Source of the DNA: Nannocystis bainbridge
GTDB taxonomy: Bacteria > Myxococcota_A > Polyangia > Nannocystales > Nannocystaceae
Reading direction: 5' to 3'
Length of the DNA: 64,000 bases
Assembly: GCF_028368995.1 (NCBI RefSeq)
Contig: NZ_JAQNDL010000002.1
Span: forward strand, 160,001-224,000
A program made the position numbers and the translations under genes. Below, one piece after another: positions 36,013 to 44,083 of the stretch. The notes beneath the pieces were generated by a model that ran no database searches, was not told the origin of the DNA, and was given only the letters and a program-made list of their open reading frames with translations. Positions within the stretch are counted from its first letter, which is position 1. Every line of letters starts with the position of its first letter.

Positions 36013-36864
36013 ATGCCTGCACGCTTCGCTTCCTCCGCGCTCCTGCTGTCCGTCGCCGTCCTGCTCGCCTGCAGCCCGAGCGAGCCCGCGACCACCGACG
36101 ACACGACGGGCGGCACCGGCACCGGTGAGACCGACGCGACGACGACCACCGGCACGCCGACGACCACCGCCGCGCCGACCAGCACGAGCGACACGAGCAC
36201 CAGCGACGGCACCACCTCCGAGGGCACGACCTCGCCGGTCGACACCACGACGGACGCCGAGACGACGACGACGACGACCGGCGAGACGACGACCGGCGAG
36301 GCGACGACCGGCGAGACGACGACCGGCGACGAGACGACCACCACGACCACCGGCTCGACCACCGACGACACCGGCGAGACCACCAGCGGTACCACCGGCG
36401 ACGAGGGCCTCGGGCCCGACGCCCAAGCGGCGATCGACGCCCTCGAGCTGGTCGTCGACGGCGTGCTGTGGACCAGCGAGTCCGACTACCCGTGGACCGT
36501 GTTCGGCCTGCCCGACGCTGCGCCGATCGGCGTCGACAACCTCAAGGAGCTGCTCGCCCCGCAGATCGTGGTCGAGAACGGCGAGGCCCCGCTCGAGGAG
36601 CAGACGATCGAGCAGAAGCCGTGGGACAAGATCTTCCTCGACATGACGACGCCGCAGGACTGGTGGACCGACTACGAGATCCAGCGCGCCGAGCAATACC
36701 AGGCGATCCAGGACGTGCTGGAGGGCCACCTCGTGAACCTGAAGATGTTCCGGATCGGCGAGAAGTCCGGCAACTGGCTGTCGGGCGCGATCGACATGTT
36801 CGTGATCGGCGAGACGGTCGACGGCGACCTGGTCGGGATCCAGACGATCACCGTCGAGACCTGA
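36013..36864 (+). CDS. Lipoprotein with Thr-rich stalk and NuiA (nuclease A inhibitor)-like domain
   Basis: VLLAC lipobox, TTTGE repeats, then GVLWTSESDYPW...FRIGE...FVIGETVDGDLVGIQTITVET, resembling NuiA (SESxYPF, C-terminal VET). Confidence 0.8.
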   Translation: MPARFASSALLLSVAVLLACSPSEPATTDDTTGGTGTGETDATTTTGTPTTTAAPTSTSDTSTSDGTTSEGTTSPVDTTTDAETTTTTTGETTTGEATTGETTTGDETTTTTTGSTTDDTGETTSGTTGDEGLGPDAQAAIDALELVVDGVLWTSESDYPWTVFGLPDAAPIGVDNLKELLAPQIVVENGEAPLEEQTIEQKPWDKIFLDMTTPQDWWTDYEIQRAEQYQAIQDVLEGHLVNLKMFRIGEKSGNWLSGAIDMFVIGETVDGDLVGIQTITVET

Positions 36865-36869
36865 GCCCC

Positions 36870-36939
36870 TGGCGCTCAGGGCATGTCCGAAGACACAGGG
36901 CCTTTCAGGCATGCCCTTTCGGACATGCCCGAAACGCCA
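36870..36939. repeat. Array of five 14-bp units filling a convergent intergenic gap
   Basis: Units at 36870,36884,36898,36912,36926; 5 nt and 7 nt from the two flanking stop codons. Confidence 0.88.
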
Positions 36940-36946
36940 GGCAGCC

Positions 36947-37387
36947 TCACTGCTTGCGGACCACGCCCCCGTCGTCGACCGTGAACGTCAGCTCCTCGCG
37001 CAGCAGCTGGTTGCTGTCCTGCGAGCGCGACAGCATCACGGTCGCCGTGGCCTCCTCGAAGCCCTCGGCGACCGACAGCAGCACGCGGAAGGTCTGGGGC
37101 GTGCGCGGCGGGACGAAGCCGTCCCAGCGGGTCGTGCCGCCCTCGACGTTGAAGCCCTTGATGTAGATCTCGGCGACCAGCTTGTTGGTCTCGACGATGC
37201 CGGCGACCCGCATCTTGAGCACGAGCTCGACCTGGCGCGGGCCCTTGGGTTCGTAGGTGAGGTCGAGCTGGAGGTCGGCGGCGTCCTCCTTGACCGACTC
37301 GCTGCGCAGGGAGACCGGGCCGGCTGCCGGCTTGTGGGCGCAGCCGAGGAGCGACGCGGCGAGGGCCAGGGACACGAAGAGGCGCAT
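36947..37387 (-). CDS. Hypothetical lipoprotein
   Basis: MRLFVSLALAASLLGC lipobox; beta-sandwich-like composition. Confidence 0.8.
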   Translation of the reverse strand: MRLFVSLALAASLLGCAHKPAAGPVSLRSESVKEDAADLQLDLTYEPKGPRQVELVLKMRVAGIVETNKLVAEIYIKGFNVEGGTTRWDGFVPPRTPQTFRVLLSVAEGFEEATATVMLSRSQDSNQLLREELTFTVDDGGVVRKQ

Positions 37388-37420
37388 GGGGGCCGGTTTT
37401 ACCCCGACGCCGCCGCGGCG

Positions 37421-38587
37421 TCAGCGGGGCCCGAGCCCGAACTGCAGCGCGAGCTCCAGCCCGAGCGACAGCTCGAGGCCGCCGACGCGGAAGCGGGGCA
37501 CGCCGACCGCGTCGGCCAGGCCGACCACCCGCGGCCCGTCGTGGTCGTCGATCCCGAAGCTGCCGCCGAGCTCGATCCGCGGGCCCACGCGCAGGCCGAG
37601 CCGCGGCGACGGCCGAGCCCGCCAGCCCGGCGACAGCCGCAGGAACCCGCCCAGCAGCGGCGGACGGGCCACCGTGTCGTCGTCGCCCGACGCCGCCAGC
37701 GGCGCTCGCTCGCCCGCGCGCGTGACCCACCACGGCTCGATCGCCAGCCCGACCAGGATCGGCAGCTCGAACCGACCGCGGCGCAGGGCGTAGCCGGCCG
37801 CGATCGCCACGCGCAGGCGGCCGAGGCCGACCCCTGCCTCGGCCTGGCCGATCGCGCGGGTCTCGAGCGCCGCGGCGAGGCCCCGCGGACTGCGGACCTC
37901 GAGGCCGAGCCCGCCGCCGCCGCCGCCCAGGGCGCCGCCGTACGCTGGCGGACCGAGGCCGAGCACCGCCGCGGCGTGCAGGCCGACGCCGAGCTCCCAG
38001 CGTGGCCGATCGGACATGTCCTTTTGGACCTGCGCTTTTGGGCCTGTCTCTTCGGCCATGTCGAGGGGCGGCGACGGCTCGGGAGGTGGCGGCTCCGGCG
38101 GGGCCGGCTCGGGTGGCACCAGCTCGGGAGCGGCTGCGGGCGGTGGGATCGCCACGTCCTCCTGGTCGGGGATCACCGCGCCTTGCTCGACGGCGAAGAT
38201 CAGGTTCGCGGCGGTGCTGGCGACCACGCGGACCTCTTGCCCGATCTCGACCGCGAAGCTGCGCTCGTACGCGCGGCCGTCGGAGGTGATCACGCGGATC
38301 GTCCCGCGGTCGTCGGCGGCGCGGGTGAGCTGGAGATAGAGGTACGGCGCCTCGGTCGGGGCCGCGCCGCCGTGGCGCTCGATCGGCAGCCGCGGCAGGC
38401 GCAGGGCCAGGGCCGCCAGCACGGCGGCCTCGTCGAACCCGCGGATGTCGGCCCGCGCGGCCCGGAACTCTTGCGGCTCGCCGGTTGTCGCGTCACCTGT
38501 CCCCGGGGACATGCCCGAAGCGACACCCGGCTCGGCCGCGGGGGCGACCAGCACCGTGACGAGCGCGCATGTCGAGGCGAGGAGCAC
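37421..38587 (-). CDS. Exported protein with Pro-rich linker and C-terminal beta-barrel-like domain
   Basis: Signal peptide, PEPAPPEPPPP linker, alternating Gly/hydrophobic strands ending LELALQF. Confidence 0.7.
   Translation of the reverse strand: MLLASTCALVTVLVAPAAEPGVASGMSPGTGDATTGEPQEFRAARADIRGFDEAAVLAALALRLPRLPIERHGGAAPTEAPYLYLQLTRAADDRGTIRVITSDGRAYERSFAVEIGQEVRVVASTAANLIFAVEQGAVIPDQEDVAIPPPAAAPELVPPEPAPPEPPPPEPSPPLDMAEETGPKAQVQKDMSDRPRWELGVGLHAAAVLGLGPPAYGGALGGGGGGLGLEVRSPRGLAAALETRAIGQAEAGVGLGRLRVAIAAGYALRRGRFELPILVGLAIEPWWVTRAGERAPLAASGDDDTVARPPLLGGFLRLSPGWRARPSPRLGLRVGPRIELGGSFGIDDHDGPRVVGLADAVGVPRFRVGGLELSLGLELALQFGLGPR
38003..38058. repeat. Intragenic array of four 14-bp units
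   Basis: Units at 38003, 38017, 38031, 38045, inside the linker DMAEETGPKAQVQKDMSD. Confidence 0.8.
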
Positions 38588-38606
38588 GGGGCGAGCCTAG
38601 CGTGTT

Positions 38607-39605
38607 TCAGCCGCAGCCGTTGTCGACGCACACCGCCGCGCCGAGGTAGGCGGAGTCGCAGCAGACTTCGAGGTCGCCGGCGCAGGCCGACGGGCACGGG
38701 CAGGTCAGGCAGGCGCCCGCGTAGGCGAACGGGCGGCAGTCGCCCGCCAGGCACAGCTCGTCGCCGGGGCACGCGCTGCCGCAGTCGTCGCAGTGCAGCG
38801 GGTCCTCGGCGAGCACCACGCAGGCGCCGTCGCAGTCGACGCGGCCGTCGCCGCAGCCCTCGGCGCACTTGCTGGCGTTGCACACGCCCTGGTCGCCGCA
38901 GTCGTTGTCGCACTCGCCGCAGTGGCGCGGGTCGCTGCGGGTGTCGACGCAGGTCTCGCCGCAGCGGACCAGGCCGTCGCGGCAGCGACACTCGCCGCCG
39001 TCGCAGCGCTCGCGCTGGGCGTCGCAGGTGCCGTCGCAGCAGGCGTCCGCGGCCACGCAGCCCTCCCCGCACTGGACCTGGCCCTCGGGGCACGGCGACT
39101 CGCCGCAGGCGGTCGAACAGGTCGGATCGCAACCTTCCTGGCCTTCGGGACAGGCGGTGTCCTCGCCGCAACCTTCCTGGCCCTCGGGACAGGTCTCGGA
39201 GTCGTGCGAGGTGTCGTCGCTGTCGTGATCGCTGTCGTTGTGGTTGTCGTCGGTCGAGCCGGCGCCGCCGATGGTGTACTCCTTGAGGCAAGCCGGAGCG
39301 CCGAGGAGCAGGGTCAGGGCAGCGAGGCGGCGGAGCGCGCCTGGAAGGTCGAGGACGGGGGCGGGCGCGAGGCGGCGGAGCGGGCTCGGGGGGCTCGCGG
39401 TGGTGGCCGGATCGAGGGGGGCGGCGGCGAGGCTGCGGCGCGCGTTCATCGGGCACGGGGAGCTCGGGGAGCTCGCGGTGGTGGCCGGCTCGAGGGGCGC
39501 GCAGGCGAGGTCGCGCAGGCTCACCTCGCTCGCCTCGCGCGCTCGAGCGGCCGGGCGGAGCGGGCTCGCCGGGCGGGCCGGCCTCGCGCAGGCGTCGTGG
39601 GTCAC
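38607..39605 (-). CDS. Cys-rich lipoprotein with Stig1-like DPxHCGxC repeats
   Basis: LLLGAPAC lipobox; CVDTRSDPRHCGEC and EDPLHCDDCGSAC. Start uncertain (GTG 39605 overlaps the upstream stop; ATG 39449 is an alternative). Confidence 0.75.
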   Translation of the reverse strand: MTHDACARPARPASPLRPAARAREASEVSLRDLACAPLEPATTASSPSSPCPMNARRSLAAAPLDPATTASPPSPLRRLAPAPVLDLPGALRRLAALTLLLGAPACLKEYTIGGAGSTDDNHNDSDHDSDDTSHDSETCPEGQEGCGEDTACPEGQEGCDPTCSTACGESPCPEGQVQCGEGCVAADACCDGTCDAQRERCDGGECRCRDGLVRCGETCVDTRSDPRHCGECDNDCGDQGVCNASKCAEGCGDGRVDCDGACVVLAEDPLHCDDCGSACPGDELCLAGDCRPFAYAGACLTCPCPSACAGDLEVCCDSAYLGAAVCVDNGCG

Positions 39606-40699
39606 GGCGTCTCCCCGCCGGCGAGGGCGGCGTCGGCTTGCTTGCGGTGGGCGCCGGTCGGGTGGTGCTCGAGATAGTCCTGCCAGCAGGCAGCGCGGGC
39701 GTCGGCGGGGCTGCGACGGCACAGACCGGCGCGCGCGTCGTCGGCGAAGCGGCCGGCGGGGAAGCGGCCCAGGTACTCGCGCCACGCGGCGGCCTGGCCG
39801 TCGCCGCCGCGCAACTGGCGGGTCAGCGCGAACAGATCGCCGTAGGCCAGCTCGGCCCGCGCGCCGGCGCCGGGCAGGGCGAGGATCTCCCGGAACTTGC
39901 GCTCGGCGGCCGCGAGCTCGCCCTTCTGCCACAGCTGTTGCGCCTCGTCCTCGAGCGACAATCCGGGCGCGGCGTCCTCCTGCGACTTGCGCCGGCGGGG
40001 GCCGTCCTTGGCGAGGGCTTTGCGCGGGCGCGTTTCGTCCGGGACGTCGACAGTCGGTGATGTCCCTCGGGACATGTCCTCGGGGGCACTTTCACGTGTC
40101 GTTTTGGGCATGTCCTGGGGGACATTCGTGACTGTCTCTTGGGACATGTCATTCCGGTCCGCGGCCCGCTCGGCGGCGCCGTCGGTGTGGACCTCGGTGG
40201 TGCCGCCGAAGCGCGCCTCGCCGTGACGCCCGCCCGCGCCGTCGAGGGCCGCCGCGGTGCCGCGCTCGCCGGCCCGCTCGGCCACGAGATCGGGGCCGAC
40301 GACGGCGAGCAGCACGGCCGCGGCGAGGGCCGCGACGACGCCGAACACCACGCCGAGGCGGCGGCGCCCGGGGACGGGGGCCGGCGGGATGCTGGCCAGG
40401 CGCCGCTCGGCCAGCTTGCCGTCGAGCTCGGCCTTCAGCGCGGTGGTGAACGGCGCCAGCGCCCCGGCGTCGCCGCGCCCGTGGCCCGGCGCGAGCGGGA
40501 CCACGGGCGGCAGGACGCCGGCGCGCGCGACCGCGTCGGCCGGGACGGCGGCGGGGTCGAGCTCGCGGGCGCGGGCCAACATGGCCGCAAAGTCAGGTGC
40601 GGGTCGGGCCCTGGCGACCAGGCGATCGAGGTGCTCGGCGGTGTCGCGGGCGAACGGCGCGAGCGCGGGCGGGGTGCCGTCTTCGTCATGCGTCGCCAT
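39602..40699 (-). CDS. Putative anti-sigma factor: single TM plus C-terminal TPR-like domain
   Basis: Overlaps the ECF sigma stop; TM LGVVFGVVAALAAAVLLAVV; C-terminal YLGRFPAGRFADDA and YLEHHPTGAH repeats. Confidence 0.75.
   Translation of the reverse strand: MATHDEDGTPPALAPFARDTAEHLDRLVARARPAPDFAAMLARARELDPAAVPADAVARAGVLPPVVPLAPGHGRGDAGALAPFTTALKAELDGKLAERRLASIPPAPVPGRRRLGVVFGVVAALAAAVLLAVVGPDLVAERAGERGTAAALDGAGGRHGEARFGGTTEVHTDGAAERAADRNDMSQETVTNVPQDMPKTTRESAPEDMSRGTSPTVDVPDETRPRKALAKDGPRRRKSQEDAAPGLSLEDEAQQLWQKGELAAAERKFREILALPGAGARAELAYGDLFALTRQLRGGDGQAAAWREYLGRFPAGRFADDARAGLCRRSPADARAACWQDYLEHHPTGAHRKQADAALAGGETP
40061..40150. repeat. Intragenic array of 14-bp units with 36-nt super-period
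   Basis: Units at 40061, 40075, 8-nt gap, 40097, 40111, 8-nt gap, 40133; 14+14+8 = 12 codons. Confidence 0.85.
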
Positions 40700-41342
40700 G
40701 GTCGCGCTCCTTGTCGGCCGAGTCCTCGGTGAGCCAGCCGAGCCGCACGAGCTCGCTGCGGATCCGCGCACGCGCCCGGGTGGCGCGCACGCGGAGGTTG
40801 CCGGGCGAGATGCCGAGCTCGGCGGCGGCCTGCGGCGCCGGCATGTCCTGCAGGTCGCACAGCACGAACGCCTCGCGCAGCTGCGCGGGCAAGGTGTCGA
40901 GCACGGCGAGCAAGACCTCGGCGCGGCGCTGCCGGAGGTGCGCGCCCTCGGGGTCGGCGTCGGTGCCGACGCTGCTCTGGGCGCTGACGACCTCGAGGCG
41001 ATCCATGGCCTGGTCGCCACGGTAGCGCGAGCGCCAGTGCTTGCGCACGATGTTGACGGCGATCCCCCGCAGCCACCCGGCGAAGGCGCCGCGGCCCTCG
41101 AACTGGGCCAGGCCGACGAAGGCCCGCGCGAAGGTCTCCTGGACCAGGTCCTCGGCGGCCGCGGTGTCGCCGGTGAGGTAGGCGAGGTGGCGGAACACGC
41201 GGTCGAAGTGCTCCTGATAGAGGCGCGACCAGGCTTCGATGTCGCCGCCGCGGGCGCGATGAAGGAGCTCGGCCTCGCGGTCCTCCGCTTCGGAGGCGCT
41301 CGGCGCGGAGCCCGGACGTAACAGTTGCAGGAGCGAACCCAC
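40686..41342 (-). CDS. ECF RNA polymerase sigma factor
   Basis: GDIEAWSRLY, AEDLVQETF, WLRGIAVN, LPAQLREAFVL, LGISPGNLRVRATRAR. Confidence 0.93.
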   Translation of the reverse strand: MGSLLQLLRPGSAPSASEAEDREAELLHRARGGDIEAWSRLYQEHFDRVFRHLAYLTGDTAAAEDLVQETFARAFVGLAQFEGRGAFAGWLRGIAVNIVRKHWRSRYRGDQAMDRLEVVSAQSSVGTDADPEGAHLRQRRAEVLLAVLDTLPAQLREAFVLCDLQDMPAPQAAAELGISPGNLRVRATRARARIRSELVRLGWLTEDSADKERDHGDA

Positions 41343-41351
41343 TCAGCCCCC

Positions 41352-41466
41352 AGGTACCCGATCGCACCGCGGTGTTACAGGGAATCGCAGGCGCGAAAGC
41401 GCACTGTGGGGAGGGCGAAAAGTTTTTTGACCAGCGGCTGTAACAGGCCGGCCGCGGCGGGGACTC
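41352..41466. promoter_or_regulatory. Back-to-back ECF-type promoters
   Basis: CTGTAACA on the - strand (41380-41373) facing the sigma gene and on the + strand (41438-41445) facing the repeat lipoprotein; each TGTAAC is followed after 16 nt by G(T/G)AC. Confidence 0.55.
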
Positions 41467-41486
41467 GGGGCGGGAGACCCAACATC

Positions 41487-42257
41487 ATGCGCATCCTCGG
41501 CACCGCGATCCTTTCCCTTTCCACGACCCTGTTCCTGTTCGGCTGTGACATCGACCTGAACGGCAAGAACGCCGACGACCAGGCCGATGACGACAAGGAG
41601 GGAGACGGGGACGGCGAGGGTGGCGGGGACGGCGACGGTGGCGGGGACGGGGAGTCGCAGGGCGATGGCGAGTCGCAGGGCGATGGCGAGTCGCAAGGTG
41701 ACAATGAGTCGCAAGGCGACGGCGAGTCGCAAGGCGAGACGCAGGGCGACGGCGAGTCACAAGGCGAGACGCAGGGCGACGGTGAATCGCAAGGCGACAC
41801 GCAGGGCGACGGCGAGTCGCAAGGCGACACGCAGGGCGATGGCGAATCGCAGGGCGACACGCAGGGCGATGGCGACACGCAGGGAGACGGCGAGTCGCAG
41901 GGCGATGGCGACACGCAGGGCGACGGCGGTGAGTCGCAAGGCGACACGCAGGGCGACGGCGGTGAGTCGCAAGGCGACACGCAGGGTGATGGCGGCGAGT
42001 CGGAGGGCGACACGCAGGGTGATGGCGGTGAGTCGCAGGGCGACACGCAGGGCGACGGCGGCGAGTCGGAGGGCGACACGCAGGGCGACGGTGGCGAGTC
42101 GCAAGGCGACACGCAGGGCGATGGCGAGTCGCAAGGCGACGGCGAGTCGCAAGGCGACACGCAGGGCGATGGCGAGTCGCAGGGTGACACGCAGGGCGAT
42201 GGCGAGTCCGAGGGCGACACGCAGGGCGACGGCGAGTCCGAGGGCGACACGCTCTGA
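41487..42257 (+). CDS. Lipoprotein made almost wholly of GDGESQ/GDTQ repeats
   Basis: LFLFGC lipobox, then ~220 aa composed essentially of G, D, E, S, Q, T. Confidence 0.85.
   Translation: MRILGTAILSLSTTLFLFGCDIDLNGKNADDQADDDKEGDGDGEGGGDGDGGGDGESQGDGESQGDGESQGDNESQGDGESQGETQGDGESQGETQGDGESQGDTQGDGESQGDTQGDGESQGDTQGDGDTQGDGESQGDGDTQGDGGESQGDTQGDGGESQGDTQGDGGESEGDTQGDGGESQGDTQGDGGESEGDTQGDGGESQGDTQGDGESQGDGESQGDTQGDGESQGDTQGDGESEGDTQGDGESEGDTL
41602..42254 (+). repeat. Coding minisatellite built from 12/18/21-nt modules
   Basis: GGCGACACGCAG and GGCGAYGGCGAGTCGCAR modules repeated many times with synonymous variation. Confidence 0.9.
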
Positions 42258-42513
42258 TCGCTTCGGAGCGCCCAGTGCATGCGCCTCGCACTTCGAGGCG
42301 CGGCCCTTCGAGGCGTTACCGTGAGCTCGTCATTGTCAGCCACGACGGCGATCCTCGCGGACACGCGATGCCTCGCATCTGAAGAAATGCGGCGTCGCGT
42401 CTCGCCATCTTCGTGAAGCAACACCGATCGACGTCTCCGAACGCGACGACGCGCCGGAATCGACCTCGACGAGGTCGATCCGGCGCGGGCACCGTCACTC
42501 GGACTGCAGGGGC

Positions 42514-42774
42514 TCAGCGGTTCTGCTGATCCTTGCGCATCGGATCGCGCTGATCCGTCTCGACGTCCTGGCCCACGCCGGTGCGGCCACGGTTCGGGTC
42601 CTGCTGCTGCTGCTGCTGGTCCCGGTCGGTGCGCGGCGTGCTGGCCGGCATGTCGGGCTGCTGGCGGCCGCCCTGCTGCGGGTTGCGCTGACGATCGTCC
42701 TGCGTCTGGCCGACACCGCGGTCGCGGCGGTTGTCGTCCTGCTGCTGCGGGTTCTTCTGATTCGGGGTCGTCAT
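42514..42774 (-). CDS. Small Gln/Asp/Arg-rich hydrophilic protein
   Basis: RBS AGGAG before ATG 42774; 86 aa MTTPNQKNPQQQDD... with internal GVGQ repeat. Confidence 0.7.
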   Translation of the reverse strand: MTTPNQKNPQQQDDNRRDRGVGQTQDDRQRNPQQGGRQQPDMPASTPRTDRDQQQQQQDPNRGRTGVGQDVETDQRDPMRKDQQNR

Positions 42775-43058
42775 GGATCGTTCTCCTGAACATGTCCCTC
42801 GGGACAGGGCGGTGATTCGCCCGTCCGGGGCTCGGCGTCGGGAGCATGGTCGGCAGCGCGAGGCGGGCAAGTGATTTGGTGACGGTCGAAGCGCGGCGCG
42901 CCGTGCGACGATGCGACTTCGACGCGGTCCGCCTGCGAAACCGTTGTACCGCGGTGGCAGGGTCCGCTCGGGTGATCGGACCGGACTCGGCCTCGTGCGG
43001 CGCCGCGGCCACGCCGTCCGCGCGGACGGCGTGGCGTGCTCGACTGCCGCGCCCGGGC

Positions 43059-43916
43059 TCAGGTCACCAGCTCGGCGAAGATCCGCAGCATCGGTTCGGT
43101 GAACAGCGGCGACGGCAGGATCGTGCCGCCGAGGGCCCACGCGCGCGCCAACGGCAGCGGCCAGCGGCGCACTCCCAGCGGGCCCTCGACCGCCAGCAGC
43201 AAGCCCTGCAGCGAGAAGAACGCGGCCGTCCGCACGACCATGTCGAGGTCGAGCGCGGCGGCGACGATCCAGGTGTGGAGGGCGACGCTGACGGCGAAGG
43301 CGAGCGCGAGGCCGGCGCCGGGGCGGCCGCGGCGCGCCAGCGGGACGAAGCAGTGCTGCCGGAGCCAGCGGTTGACCACGAGGTTCCAGCGCTCGCCCCA
43401 GAAGTCGCGCAGGCTGCGGGCGAGGATCGGGTGGCGCTGGACCGGCGGCACGCGGGCCCCGAGCAGGCGGCCGATGCCCTCGAGCAGGCCGGCGGCGGTC
43501 TCGGCGAAGCCGTAGAGGAAGGCGCAGCCGGCCAGCCAGCGCAGCGGCAGCCCGCCGACCTGCGGGGCCAGGACGACGCCTGTCCACAAGGACATGAACA
43601 TAAAGACAGCCGCGGCCGCGGTCCGCGACCACACCGCGGGGTCGAAGCGCGGCGGGACCCACTCGCAGCGGCGGCTGTCGACGATCGCCAGCACGTGCAC
43701 GACCCGGCGCAGCGGGCTGAACTCACGCGGCTCGCGGGCGAGGTCGATCAGGCGCGCGAAGCCCCAGAACGCCAGCGCCGCCAGGAGCGCGCGGGAGAAC
43801 GGGGTGCTGGCGGCGAACGGGGCGAGGAACGCGGGCAGGGCGACGCACAGCCCGAGCGCGCGCCGCAGCGGCGAACCAGCGGTCACGAGGGCGGCGAGGA
43901 CGAGGAGCGCGAGCAT
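43059..43916 (-). CDS. Membrane-bound O-acyltransferase (wax-synthase type MBOAT)
   Basis: Multi-TM; PILARSLRDFWGERWN and FAVSVALH motifs. Confidence 0.85.
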   Translation of the reverse strand: MLALLVLAALVTAGSPLRRALGLCVALPAFLAPFAASTPFSRALLAALAFWGFARLIDLAREPREFSPLRRVVHVLAIVDSRRCEWVPPRFDPAVWSRTAAAAVFMFMSLWTGVVLAPQVGGLPLRWLAGCAFLYGFAETAAGLLEGIGRLLGARVPPVQRHPILARSLRDFWGERWNLVVNRWLRQHCFVPLARRGRPGAGLALAFAVSVALHTWIVAAALDLDMVVRTAAFFSLQGLLLAVEGPLGVRRWPLPLARAWALGGTILPSPLFTEPMLRIFAELVT

Positions 43917-44083
43917 CGTCGCGCGCAGTGTACCCGGCCGGCGCCGCGCTCGACCAGCTGGCTCGTGGGACAGGTCACAGCACCGCTGCGCCGACGCACC
44001 GCAGCGACGATCCCGCGGCGCGCACGCGCGAGCGCACCCGCTCGAGATCGCGGCTCAGCCCGTTCGAAGCGCACGCCTCGCGC

